From a virus (lineage: Duplodnaviria; Caudoviricetes), in IMG/VR virus record IMGVR_UViG_3300037502_003070, positions 1 to 57,075 of that record: a stretch of 57,075 nt of DNA; one strand, given 5' to 3'. The first letter of the stretch is position 1; each line of letters begins with the position of its first letter. Below, one piece after another: positions 39,516-48,738 of this stretch. The notes under the pieces are model-generated. The model ran no database searches, was not told the origin of the DNA, and saw nothing but the letters and a program-made list of their open reading frames with translations. Position numbers and translations under genes: made by a program.

Positions 39516-39671
39516 TTACGCGTTTCGAATCATCGCGATGTTTTCGGCAGTTTCTTCGATATCGCGATCCGCAAGGTAGTAGCCGATTTGCGAATCATCT
39601 ATTTCGCTCATGTCCTTTTTTTCGTTTTGGCAAATTGCCATCGCTAATTCAAATGCTTGCTGGCTAGTCAT
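39516..39671 (-). CDS. Small acidic protein
   Basis: Start MTSQQ about 40 nt downstream of a consensus promoter. Confidence 0.55.
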   Translation of the reverse strand: MTSQQAFELAMAICQNEKKDMSEIDDSQIGYYLADRDIEETAENIAMIRNA

Positions 39672-39711
39672 TTCTGCGTTCTGTTGTTTGGGGTAACTGT
39701 CTGACTCCCAA

Positions 39712-39740
39712 AGTATAATCGTCCGCCCTCTGATTGTCAA
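39712..39740 (-). promoter_or_regulatory. Strong sigma70-like promoter
   Basis: TTGACA-17 nt-TATACT. Confidence 0.8.
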
Positions 39741-39784
39741 ATAGTAAATCAAACATTTTTCCTGAAATACCTCCCGACCCGACT

Positions 39785-40282
39785 TTATTCGGCAAATCGG
39801 CCTGAAAGCTTTTGTTCTTCCGCTTTTCTTTCGGCTTTCACACGCTCCCATTCCGCCGCCACCGACTCCCCCGTCGCCTTCGTCCCGCACACCGGACACC
39901 GCGTATCCGTCGTCCCGTCCGAATAATGCTGTTCGGCCAGCATCGACGACCAGCACCGGCGACACACCGGCGCGAAGCACTGAAGCCAGTTCCGGCCAGT
40001 CTCCCAGACGATCGCGGGAGCGCTGCCAGGGGTGGTTTCTCCGCTCGTCGTCGGATCGAGCGTCGGCTCAAACGGAATTTCAGCCAAGGTAGGTCCATCG
40101 GTCGCGTCATGGGGCCGTTTTTCGCGGTCTGGCGCGATCGGCACGGAGTCCGGCCCGCGGTCGATCGCTGCCAGGGTGAGTTCATCGGCCGGGGTCAAGA
40201 TCGGTGACGGTCCAGCCTGGGCCGGTTTCGCGGCCGGTTTCGCGGTTGGTTCGAACCGCTTGAAGTTTGGGAATAGATTCAT
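39785..40282 (-). CDS. Hypothetical protein with zinc ribbon
   Basis: CRRC...CPVC. Confidence 0.55.
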   Translation of the reverse strand: MNLFPNFKRFEPTAKPAAKPAQAGPSPILTPADELTLAAIDRGPDSVPIAPDREKRPHDATDGPTLAEIPFEPTLDPTTSGETTPGSAPAIVWETGRNWLQCFAPVCRRCWSSMLAEQHYSDGTTDTRCPVCGTKATGESVAAEWERVKAERKAEEQKLSGRFAE

Positions 40283-40329
40283 CGAAAACCTCTAAGGGAA
40301 AACAGCTAAGGGAAAAGTGCAAAAATCCT

Positions 40330-40777
40330 GTGCTCGTGTGCGCGTTTTTGCTGAGAAAGGTCAGCTACTAGCTATTTTAGGCCAAAACACCAAAAACGGC
40401 CAAAAGGCTCCCTTGCACTCTTTCCTCAGCAATATCGAGCACACGAGCACAAAATTCTTTAGAATAATCGATTGAAAATCAAAAAGTATCATATTTACGG
40501 GCATTTTAGCGTTTTTTCGTCCGGTAGTCAATCAAAAACTTTTGTGCTCGTTTTTTTCGCTGCGAGCACATGCGAGCACAAACGAGCACAGAATTCCTTC
40601 GACCGACCGGCCCGATCGTGTTTTTTCTTCATCTGAAAAACCGTTGCCGTTTCAAACGTTCAAAAACTCGGTTTTTTCGTCTCCGTCGTCAAGAAAATCG
40701 ACTCGGACCGCCTGACCGGTCAAAATCTGTGCTCGATCCGTGCTCGTTTGTGCTCGATCGACCAAATTTGCGAGCAC
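40330..40777. repeat. Iteron-like CGAGCAC array, putative replication origin
   Basis: 11 copies in both orientations in a gene-free region rich in A/T tracts. Confidence 0.7.
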
Positions 40778-40833
40778 GCAAATAGTGGCCTGAATTTTCA
40801 CCTTATTCGTTTTTCTGTTACCACTTGAACACT

Positions 40834-40875
40834 AAATAAAAACCCAGCGGACAAAATTGTTTCGTCCGCTGGGTT
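40834..40875 (-). terminator. Intrinsic terminator
   Basis: 12-bp stem AACCCAGCGGAC/GTCCGCTGGGTT followed by a U-rich tract on the - strand. Confidence 0.75.
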
Positions 40876-40903
40876 AGGTTTTGTCCGTCGTGTTTGCTTG
40901 CGA

Positions 40904-41185
40904 TCAGGAATAGCTTGCCCGGTGAATGACCGGCCACGAAAAGAAAGCTGTGTCTATGCCGTGCTCGTCGAATTCGATCCGAAGTTCGTCCGGCCCGTAA
41001 AAATCACGAAGCCTTTCCGGATCGAATCGAAGCATGTCTGCGGCGATCATATACCCCTGCTCATGCTCAAATATCTTCCGCCGCTCAAACTCGAACCAGT
41101 GATCGAACTCGTCGAGGATCCGGAACGGATTCTTGCCGATATAGCGATTCCAGCGTCGTTCGCGAAATTTCTGGAATAGGCCCAT
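40904..41185 (-). CDS. Hypothetical protein
   Basis: Start MGLFQK; last gene before the terminator. Confidence 0.5.
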   Translation of the reverse strand: MGLFQKFRERRWNRYIGKNPFRILDEFDHWFEFERRKIFEHEQGYMIAADMLRFDPERLRDFYGPDELRIEFDEHGIDTAFFSWPVIHRASYS

Positions 41186-41204
41186 TCCGTCACCCCCAGC
41201 CAAA

Positions 41205-41489
41205 TTAGTTAAAAATCTCACTGTCGGACCATCCTTTTGTTGTCCAGTGTGGATGGATGCTAGACGCTTCCCTTAACGACATAAAATTATCAACATCGGC
41301 ATCTGGAACCGATCCGAATCCCCACGCATCGCCGTTGTCGTTGAGTATGCAAGGCACCATCCATCCGCGGCTTTTGTCGCTGATGCAGGCATTACACCGG
41401 TCCCTTTCTGGCCGGCGGAACATTCCATAGTCTCGATAAATCCTGACTCCGTTTTGACCGCACTTTCCGCAAATCGGTACGTCACTCAT
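41205..41489 (-). CDS. Hypothetical Cys-containing protein
   Basis: CGKC...CNAC; AAGGTGA ribosome-binding-like sequence before the ATG. Confidence 0.55.
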   Translation of the reverse strand: MSDVPICGKCGQNGVRIYRDYGMFRRPERDRCNACISDKSRGWMVPCILNDNGDAWGFGSVPDADVDNFMSLREASSIHPHWTTKGWSDSEIFN

Positions 41490-41517
41490 CTTATCACCTT
41501 TATTTTTGCCGAAAAAA

Positions 41518-41724
41518 TCAAGCGTCGGGCGTTTCAAGAATGTTTGCTACGATATCCATGATCCTGCTGATCCTTTCCGCTACGTCTTTAAGAACGTAAG
41601 ACCGGACGCAGCACGGATCTTGCGGCGGAAGCCTGCCAGCCATTGCTTCCGTTTTAGTTCGCTCATTTTCGAGAAACATCAAATAATCCCGAAAGACGGA
41701 TTCCACACGCTCTGGGTTTTTCAT
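41518..41724 (-). CDS. Hypothetical protein
   Basis: 68 aa; ATGA overlap with the upstream gene. Confidence 0.45.
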   Translation of the reverse strand: MKNPERVESVFRDYLMFLENERTKTEAMAGRLPPQDPCCVRSYVLKDVAERISRIMDIVANILETPDA

Positions 41725-42101
41725 CCCGTCACCCCCAGCCCCGCCGCTTCGATTTCCTCCCTAGTCGCACGTCGGGCAAATCGCCAAGAAGACAGACCGC
41801 TTTCTTCTTTCCCTGGCGTGATCGTGTAGTACCATCCACTCTTCGCAACAAGCAATTTCGGGCCACACTCCCCTAATTTTGGATCATCCCGCACCATCAC
41901 CCAAGGCCGATCTAAGGCGTCTTTATCAGTCAAAGGAGGCTCGACATATGGGAAGCCATCTGTCGTGTTGTTTTCAATAATGCGATTAAAAACCGAAATC
42001 ACGCAATCAACATCAACACCGCCGTTTTTCAAAATCAAAAGTCCTCCACAAATAGACCTTGCGTAGCTTATTTCGTCTTGCGTCAACCTTCTCTGTGTCA
42101 C
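41721..42101 (-). CDS. Hypothetical protein, paralog B
   Basis: Similar along its length to 42101..42481. Confidence 0.7.
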   Translation of the reverse strand: MTQRRLTQDEISYARSICGGLLILKNGGVDVDCVISVFNRIIENNTTDGFPYVEPPLTDKDALDRPWVMVRDDPKLGECGPKLLVAKSGWYYTITPGKEESGLSSWRFARRATREEIEAAGLGVTG

Positions 42102-42481
42102 TATTTCACCTCGTTAAATCCAGCCGCCTTAATTTCATCCTTGGTCGCACGTCGGGCAAACGCCCAACTTCCGCCCCAAGAACAATCCGGCTCCAAAACG
42201 ACATATTTATTCGATTCGATCTTGGTTATCGCTGCCAATCGATACGGGCCTATGTAATCCGTTTCGTTCCAGTCCTTAACCATTACCCATGTCCGATTCT
42301 TAACGTCCTCAAGCGTTAATTCCGGCTCGATGTACGGCAATCCGTTAGACGTGTCGTGTTTCAGGAATTGCTCCGCGGCTTCGTATCCTATTCCTATGCC
42401 AGAAGCATTTAGAAATTTTGCCGCACTTATGTAATCGCGAAGCGTCTTTCGCTCATCCAAAGTCAACCTTCTCTGTCCCAT
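42101..42481 (-). CDS. Hypothetical protein, paralog A
   Basis: QRRLT.DE, PY.EP.LT, WVMV.D and W.FARRAT..EI.AAG shared with the neighbour. Confidence 0.7.
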   Translation of the reverse strand: MGQRRLTLDERKTLRDYISAAKFLNASGIGIGYEAAEQFLKHDTSNGLPYIEPELTLEDVKNRTWVMVKDWNETDYIGPYRLAAITKIESNKYVVLEPDCSWGGSWAFARRATKDEIKAAGFNEVK

Positions 42482-42485
42482 CGTC

Positions 42486-43040
42486 TCACCCCTCTACAAG
42501 TTGAAAAGAATCCCCGCCGTCTAATAGCTCGATCATGTACGGTTCGGCCATTCCGGCCGCGATCATCTGGTTATTGATCAAATTCCCCCGCGGGTCGAAA
42601 AAAAACGCGATATACCGGCCGAAGGTCCGCTTCTGCTTGCGCAAAATCGGTTCCGGCGTCTTGTTCTGAACCGTTCGGATCCAAATGTAGTCGTGATCGT
42701 TGACAAGCTCTTGAAGCTTGTTTTTCGCCGCCCGCCCGGCAAGTATCGTCTCGCCTTTCAATTCCGGCGCGTTGATACTCGCTAAGCGAATCGAAGACCG
42801 AATCAACGAATTCATTGTCAATTCGACTGTCGCCTGTACGGTGTCGCCGTCGGTCGCCAGTAACGACCCGAACGGCTGCAAGTACCAAAACCGGTCAGGA
42901 CGAAATAGAAGCGAGTCTCTAGAACGAACCACCCCTGGTGGCATGTCTGCCGGCCTGGCGTACTGTTGAGCGTGCAGCATCGCCGACGCTGATCCGACTT
43001 GAAACTCTTCGCCGCCTGAAATTACCCTAATTTCTCGCAT
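42486..43040 (-). CDS. Thermonuclease (SNase-like)
   Basis: DGDT, IRLASINAPE, FGRYIA, N..MI..GMA. Confidence 0.8.
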   Translation of the reverse strand: MREIRVISGGEEFQVGSASAMLHAQQYARPADMPPGVVRSRDSLLFRPDRFWYLQPFGSLLATDGDTVQATVELTMNSLIRSSIRLASINAPELKGETILAGRAAKNKLQELVNDHDYIWIRTVQNKTPEPILRKQKRTFGRYIAFFFDPRGNLINNQMIAAGMAEPYMIELLDGGDSFQLVEG

Positions 43041-43351
43041 TTCTTCCTCTCCAAAACGACCCTGATCTTGCCTAACACCGTGTTAAGCTTTTCTGAAAAA
43101 TTCAAAAAATCGTCGGGACCGATTTTTTTTCTTCCATCGTTGCCGATGGCCCCGACTATTTGCGTAGCCGTCACTAGCGCGTCGAGTTCGTAAACCGCCG
43201 CACTCAAATCGGCTTGATCCCGTTCGGTAAACAGCCCCGCAACATTTATATTTTCAACGGACGACACGAAGGCCACCCACGACCTGTCCGCCGACATCAC
43301 CGACAAAAAATACGGGTACTTCCGTGGCATTTCCGATACTAATTCAGCCAT
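43022..43351 (-). CDS. Hypothetical protein
   Basis: 109-aa ORF coupled to the primase-helicase. Confidence 0.55.
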   Translation of the reverse strand: MAELVSEMPRKYPYFLSVMSADRSWVAFVSSVENINVAGLFTERDQADLSAAVYELDALVTATQIVGAIGNDGRKKIGPDDFLNFSEKLNTVLGKIRVVLERKKCEKLG

Positions 43352-43352
43352 T

Positions 43353-45380
43353 TCAAAACCTTTTCATTTCCTTTTCAATTACTGGTTTAAGACTCAGCCC
43401 AATCCACTCACGCCAGAAGTAATCGCCATCACGACCGCGGGCGACTTCAATCCGCGGGACAATTGACCGGACCCGTTTTGCGAACGCCTGCCGGGTCGAT
43501 CGGTCAACCAAATCATTTGATCGGCACCAATTCTGATAAGCTTCAAAACAGTCCGCCGCGTTGACTTTTCCGCCTTCCTGGCAGCATTCCCACACAAAAG
43601 CCGATACCGGGGAAGTTTCTATCCGCATCCAGTTAACCGAATCGGTCCCCGATTTCGGCTGCTTGATCTTCCCGTTCTTTTCGGAATAGAGCCGGTGGCG
43701 GCCAAGAATCGCCCAGTTAAGTATCCCGCTCAATTCCGACTGAATCCGCATTTCGACCCGCGGATCTTCTTTGCCGGCGTGAGTCTTATTCATGACCAAA
43801 ATGATAATTCGGTTCAAAATCGCGTCGGATGAATCCTTGAACAGCGGGATTTCATTCGAAAACAACATAAACCGAATCGGCAAATTAACCCCCGATAGAC
43901 TTGGTTTGTACTTCCTTTCGATTTCCTGCGGATCCTCGCCGACGATCGACAAGACACGTTCGGTCAACACCGTGTAATCGATCCGATCGCCGATTCGAGC
44001 GTCGGGGATAACAGCTAAGGATTTACCGATCAAAGACGCCAAACCAAACTGACCCGATAGCGTGGTGGGGGTCGGGGAAGCCACTGACGAATGGCCGATC
44101 ATCGCCTTCACCAGCCGCATGATCGTACCCTTGCCCGATCGGGATTTTCCGATCACGCAGAGGAACCGCTGCATACTCGTATCTTGGGTGAGCAGGTAGC
44201 CGAACCACTCCTGGAGGGCGTCTATCGCTTCCTGATCGCCTTCAAATTGTTCCCAGAGCCATTCTTGCCAATAGAGACATTGGGCCTCGGGGTCGAAATC
44301 ATAATCCAGCTTCAAAGCCGAAAACCATTCGTGATTGTGCGGCCGAAGTGATCCGGCTAGGTCGCCCGACAATACCGCGTCAAGGTCAAGCAAACCGTTC
44401 CTCATCGACACCCAATTTCGCCGCCGGCGGTCGGATAGGTGCGACGGCATTTCGACCGAACCGGACAACGCGACCAAAGATTTCATGGCGGTTACGACAT
44501 CGCGGATCAGCCGGGTCGATACGTTGCGGACCTTTTTGGGCTTCTGCGGTTCCCCGGTCTCAATTTCCTTCCTGGCCCGCTCTTCCTCTTGGATTCGCCA
44601 AAGCCGCTCGAATTCGGCCCGGATCACTTTGAATAACTTCGCCTGCAGGTCGCTGTCACTGATCGGCGACCACAAGCCGGACTTCCATTTCCAAAATTCG
44701 TCCCGCCAGAAAACCAGCTTTCCGCCGGCGAATTCCGAGTAAAACTGCAAATTTAGACGGGCAAGCCGGGTGTGGTCGTCGTCCGATTCGTCGATATCTA
44801 CGCTGCCAGGGGTAAATTCTCTCGGCCCCTCTGGTATCGCTGCGATCGCGGTTTCTGCCGTCTGAATCTTCGCCGGTCCGTCGATTTCCGCCGGCTGTTG
44901 AACCTGTCCGGATCGACCGATCGCAAGCAATCGAGCGTATATCTCCTGATCGTCCAGCCCTTCGAGTCTCTGATCAGCGATCCAGTCCCGAACGTCTTTC
45001 CCGTCCGTCGGGGCAATCGGATACGGTAGAGTCGCATTCCGAACCGTCTTCGCAAATTTCGCAATCACCGGCCCCCACCCCGGCCGCTTTCCGCCGTTCG
45101 GCTTGCTCACCCAGGTCGCGCCGTCCTGGCCGGGCACATCGCAATCGTGAATCACGATAACTTCGTCCGCACCCGCAAATCGCGAGCAGTATTCGACGGC
45201 TTCGGGCTTGGTAGCGTTTTCGGTCGATCCGTAAATGTTGGTCGTCACGATATGCCGCGGCCGTCGATCTTCGGGGAACGAAAGAATCAACGAACGGATG
45301 GCCGCGGCGTCTGGGAAACCCTCGCATTTCCAAATCAGTTCCGCCGGTTCTGACGGGTCGAAGATAAAGCCAAAGCTCAT
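43353..45380 (-). CDS. TOPRIM plus D5/P4-type SF3 primase-helicase
   Basis: CEG..D, HDCD..G and KDVRDW (TOPRIM); LQEWFGY, Walker A GKSRSGKGT and IERKYK (SF3). Confidence 0.88.
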   Translation of the reverse strand: MSFGFIFDPSEPAELIWKCEGFPDAAAIRSLILSFPEDRRPRHIVTTNIYGSTENATKPEAVEYCSRFAGADEVIVIHDCDVPGQDGATWVSKPNGGKRPGWGPVIAKFAKTVRNATLPYPIAPTDGKDVRDWIADQRLEGLDDQEIYARLLAIGRSGQVQQPAEIDGPAKIQTAETAIAAIPEGPREFTPGSVDIDESDDDHTRLARLNLQFYSEFAGGKLVFWRDEFWKWKSGLWSPISDSDLQAKLFKVIRAEFERLWRIQEEERARKEIETGEPQKPKKVRNVSTRLIRDVVTAMKSLVALSGSVEMPSHLSDRRRRNWVSMRNGLLDLDAVLSGDLAGSLRPHNHEWFSALKLDYDFDPEAQCLYWQEWLWEQFEGDQEAIDALQEWFGYLLTQDTSMQRFLCVIGKSRSGKGTIMRLVKAMIGHSSVASPTPTTLSGQFGLASLIGKSLAVIPDARIGDRIDYTVLTERVLSIVGEDPQEIERKYKPSLSGVNLPIRFMLFSNEIPLFKDSSDAILNRIIILVMNKTHAGKEDPRVEMRIQSELSGILNWAILGRHRLYSEKNGKIKQPKSGTDSVNWMRIETSPVSAFVWECCQEGGKVNAADCFEAYQNWCRSNDLVDRSTRQAFAKRVRSIVPRIEVARGRDGDYFWREWIGLSLKPVIEKEMKRF

Positions 45381-45390
45381 TTTACCCGAC

Positions 45391-45588
45391 TCAAATATTT
45401 TTCAGCGCGGAAACTATTAGCCAAATAGCCAAAAACCAAACGACTATCGGCCAAAAAACAGCAATAAAAAGGGCTGGCCAAGTCCTGAATTCGTCGCTAT
45501 CGCTCGGATCTCTCAATGCGACAAAAAAACACCCAGACGTAGAAAAGTAAAAAACCCCAAATAAGCACACCCAATGAAAAAGAGACAT
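45391..45588 (-). CDS. Small two-TM membrane protein
   Basis: Two hydrophobic helices; FWP motif. Confidence 0.55.
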   Translation of the reverse strand: MSLFHWVCLFGVFYFSTSGCFFVALRDPSDSDEFRTWPALFIAVFWPIVVWFLAIWLIVSALKNI

Positions 45589-45594
45589 TGATTA

Positions 45595-45786
45595 TCACCT
45601 CGCCTTAAAAAACAAAAGTTTCACCGCCACCGACGCGACCGCCACGACTGCGACCAATACCGTCACCGGCCAAAAAGTCGCGAGTAAAACCGCTGAAACG
45701 AGCCCAATTCGGCCACCGCGCGGAGAATCAAGAGCCCAGAAAAACAAACAGCCGACTACCCAGTAAATCGCACTCAGAATTGGCAT
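45595..45786 (-). CDS. Small two-TM membrane protein
   Basis: Two hydrophobic helices; FWP motif like the neighbour. Confidence 0.55.
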   Translation of the reverse strand: MPILSAIYWVVGCLFFWALDSPRGGRIGLVSAVLLATFWPVTVLVAVVAVASVAVKLLFFKAR

Positions 45787-45818
45787 CGTTTCCCCTTGCG
45801 TTGAAGTTGCGGCCGGTT

Positions 45819-45981
45819 ACTCTATCGTCCGCACCGTCCACAATCAACCACATTATCCGCAATGTCCACAACTCGACAGCGCGAAAAAAAATTTAACCCT
45901 TTGCCACGCAAAGACTTGCGACACAATATTTTTTTATCGTCCGGTTTTCTGCTTGTCGGTGCCGATACCCGTTGCTAGATT
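45819..45981. promoter_or_regulatory. Divergent promoter region
   Basis: Leftward TTGATT-17-TAGAGT (45847-45819); rightward TTGTCG-17-TAGATT with TGn (45953-45981); ATCGTCCG at 45824 and 45936. Confidence 0.55.
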
Positions 45982-46013
45982 TTCCGCGTCAACACTATCC
46001 ACAGCGTCAACAG

Positions 46014-46226
46014 ATGGCTCAATACCTTAAATCGAAATGCCTTACGCCTGGCTGTCGCCGGCCGTCACGGGCTCGCGGTTGCTGCGAATCGTGCTATCGG
46101 TCGCACCTGCGGGCCGTTCGGTCGGGGAAAACGTCTTGGCGCCGATTGATCGCGGAAGGATTGGCCAAAAGTTGCGATCGCGTCTTAGCGCTGCGGGCTC
46201 GAATCGCCGCGGGGGTGCAAAAATGA
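46014..46226 (+). CDS. Small zinc-finger protein
   Basis: CLTPGC...ARGCCESCY. Confidence 0.6.
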   Translation: MAQYLKSKCLTPGCRRPSRARGCCESCYRSHLRAVRSGKTSWRRLIAEGLAKSCDRVLALRARIAAGVQK

Positions 46227-46771
46227 TGACGGAATTTGACATAATTTTGCCTATGGCAAAATTGATTGTCGGCGAAGTTCATCGGCTCGAAACCAAGACG
46301 TTTCAGTATCCCGTCACCGCTGCGTTTCTTGACGCAATCGCCGGCGAATTTTCGCCGCATTCGGCTTGGGTTGCTCCGGCCGACGAAGACAGGATCGCGG
46401 GTTACGTTGCAATTAGCCGCGGATTTGGAATCGACGGAAAGCCGGTTGTTTCGATTAATTCAATCGCGGTCGATAAGCCGTATCGAAAAAACGGAATTGG
46501 TTCGTGGCTGCTTGCTTTTGTTGTTGGCCGAGCCGCCGGCGGAATTCGAGTTAGCGCGACGGTTCCTGATGCTTCGCCGGCTGCTCAAAAATTTTTCAAA
46601 GCTTGCGGGTTTAGTTGCGTCGCGATCCTGCGCGATTGCTACGAAACCGGCGGTGATGGCCTGTTGTTCCTTCACCCTGGTAGCAATGAACCACAGCCGA
46701 AATTTTCCGGTGCGGTTCAATACGATATGCCGAAACTTTGCCCCCGCATAGAATTTAAGGGCCGCCCATGA
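46223..46771 (+). CDS. GNAT (RimI-like) acetyltransferase
   Basis: IAVDKPYRKNGIGS and AQKFFKACGF. Confidence 0.85.
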   Translation: MMTEFDIILPMAKLIVGEVHRLETKTFQYPVTAAFLDAIAGEFSPHSAWVAPADEDRIAGYVAISRGFGIDGKPVVSINSIAVDKPYRKNGIGSWLLAFVVGRAAGGIRVSATVPDASPAAQKFFKACGFSCVAILRDCYETGGDGLLFLHPGSNEPQPKFSGAVQYDMPKLCPRIEFKGRP

Positions 46772-47556
46772 GCACTTCCGCGCCGATTATTTTCGACATT
46801 GAAACCGGACCGCTTCCGGTCGAAACACTGAAAGCGATCCTTCCGCCGTTCGATCCGTCGTCGCTTGGAAAGCATCCAGGGGTGTTTGATCCCGCATCGG
46901 TCAAGCTGGGAAACGTAAAAGATCCGGTTAAAGTCGAAGCCAAAATAGCCGAATCGGCCGCGAAGCACGCCGCCGAGGTTGCCGATTACGAAAAGCGATT
47001 GGCCGAGGGCGAACCCGCACACTGGCAGAAGATCGTCGATTCTGCGGCATTGTCCGCTGTCACTGGGGAGGTTCTGGCAATCGGACTGTCGGGGAAAACT
47101 GATCAAATCATTTACCAAGACGCTGAAGCCGGAATTGATGAGACAGTTTTGATCGAGCGATGGTGGAAGATTTACCGCGACGCCCGCGGGTCACAGCGAA
47201 AGCTTGTCGGGTGGAATTCAAAAAATTTCGACGTTCAATTCCTTGTCCAGCGTTCGTTTATCCTAGGAGTCGCCGTCCCCGATTCCATTTTGACCCCGAC
47301 CGGCTATCTCAATCCGATATTTGTCGATCTTCGCGAAATCTGGTTGTCCGGGAATAAATTTGGAGCACAGCCAGGGATGACGACGTTAGACACCGTGGGC
47401 CGAGCCTTGGGGCTTGGCGGAAAAATGAAGGGCGTCACCGGTGCCGATTTTGCTCGATTGTTTCACGATCCCGAAACCCGGCCGCAAGCCATTGAGTATT
47501 TACAAGGCGATATCGCCCTGACCCGTGCAATCGCCGAGCGTTTCGGCGTCGCTTAG
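46768..47556 (+). CDS. 3'-5' exonuclease (DEDD/PolB-exo-like)
   Basis: FDIET, VGWNSKNFDV, Y..GD. Confidence 0.85.
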   Translation: MSTSAPIIFDIETGPLPVETLKAILPPFDPSSLGKHPGVFDPASVKLGNVKDPVKVEAKIAESAAKHAAEVADYEKRLAEGEPAHWQKIVDSAALSAVTGEVLAIGLSGKTDQIIYQDAEAGIDETVLIERWWKIYRDARGSQRKLVGWNSKNFDVQFLVQRSFILGVAVPDSILTPTGYLNPIFVDLREIWLSGNKFGAQPGMTTLDTVGRALGLGGKMKGVTGADFARLFHDPETRPQAIEYLQGDIALTRAIAERFGVA

Positions 47557-47580
47557 TTGTTAGTTTGGAGCATAGAGAGC

Positions 47581-48579
47581 ATGAAGAGTTACGTTGAACT
47601 TGCTGGCAACATGCCGGCAATTGAAACCCTCGGGAAGTGGATCGCCGCTTCCGGGATGTTCGGAACGCTTACTTTGGCACAAGGCCAAGTGATAGCGGCG
47701 CATTGCTTTATCACAGAAACCCCGCTGCTCGATTATCAGCGACGTAACATGCTGGTCGGCAATCGTCCGGGCATCCCTTACGACGCAATGGTAGCAGCGT
47801 TTCAAGAAGGCGGCGGGTCGCTAAAAGTCATTGAGAAGTCGGCGAATGCTGCCAGGGTAGAGCTAACCGTTGGCGGGGTGACGACGCCATTTGCTTTGAC
47901 TTGGGATGAAGCCAAACGCGAGCCATTTGTTTATGGCGAAAAGGGGACGACCGAAAAAGAAATCGTACAGATGATTCGGAACGAAAAATGGGCCGAACTT
48001 GAGAAGATTATGAAGCCGAAATATGCTTCGCCTCGATCCCGTGCTATCATGCTATGGGCTCGTTGCGTCTCCGATGCGATCCGCACGGTTGATCCGAAAG
48101 CCAATTTCGGTACTTACACCGAAGAAGAACTAGAAGACATTCCGTCTTCAGCGCCCGCACCCACCGCACCCGCGGCGGCATCTACTACGCAGCCGGTTCA
48201 CCCTCCGGCGCCGCCGCGGGTGCCTTTATCCAGTGTCTCGACGCCGCCGGCGCAGGCTGAGCCGGAAGTCATGCGCCCGGTTCTGCCGGCGGCCGTCGAG
48301 ACGATTGAATCCCCTGTCTCTGAGAGAATCGACGGCCCGGCAAGCGAAGAACAGCGGGTCCGGTGTCTCGAATTGCTCGCTGAAATTGAACCCGCGTTTC
48401 CTGGTGTCAAAGCCAAGTTGGCCGAAAAACTCAAATCGGCTGGCATCCAGGGAGGAATTCGGGGGCTTACGATTGGCGAGGCAGTTTTGCTGGTTAAATC
48501 GCTGGAAAATCGAGCGATAGACGCATTTTTCACGCTGGACCTAAAGGGGCACTATCAGCCCCCTTTCGACGCAAAATAG
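47581..48579 (+). CDS. RecT/Bet-like single-strand annealing protein
   Basis: MLWARCVSDAIR..P...GTYTEEE; between exonuclease and SSB-like genes; alternative TTG start at 47557. Confidence 0.65.
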   Translation: MKSYVELAGNMPAIETLGKWIAASGMFGTLTLAQGQVIAAHCFITETPLLDYQRRNMLVGNRPGIPYDAMVAAFQEGGGSLKVIEKSANAARVELTVGGVTTPFALTWDEAKREPFVYGEKGTTEKEIVQMIRNEKWAELEKIMKPKYASPRSRAIMLWARCVSDAIRTVDPKANFGTYTEEELEDIPSSAPAPTAPAAASTTQPVHPPAPPRVPLSSVSTPPAQAEPEVMRPVLPAAVETIESPVSERIDGPASEEQRVRCLELLAEIEPAFPGVKAKLAEKLKSAGIQGGIRGLTIGEAVLLVKSLENRAIDAFFTLDLKGHYQPPFDAK

Positions 48580-48738
48580 GCGCGGAGCTATTCCGCGATT
48601 GTTCGCCCCATGTCGCGAACTTGGTTAGTAGATTTGGAGCCGAGCGGGTTTGGGACGCCGGCATAGATGTTTTGAAGTATCCGCCCACGTGGGCACCTGA
48701 CGGTTTTGAAATCCTCACACTTGCAGAAAGGTTAGAAA

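Noticed and set aside
40330-40777. Possible CRISPR array
   Set aside because: Repeats are 7-10 bp, in both orientations and irregularly spaced; no cas genes
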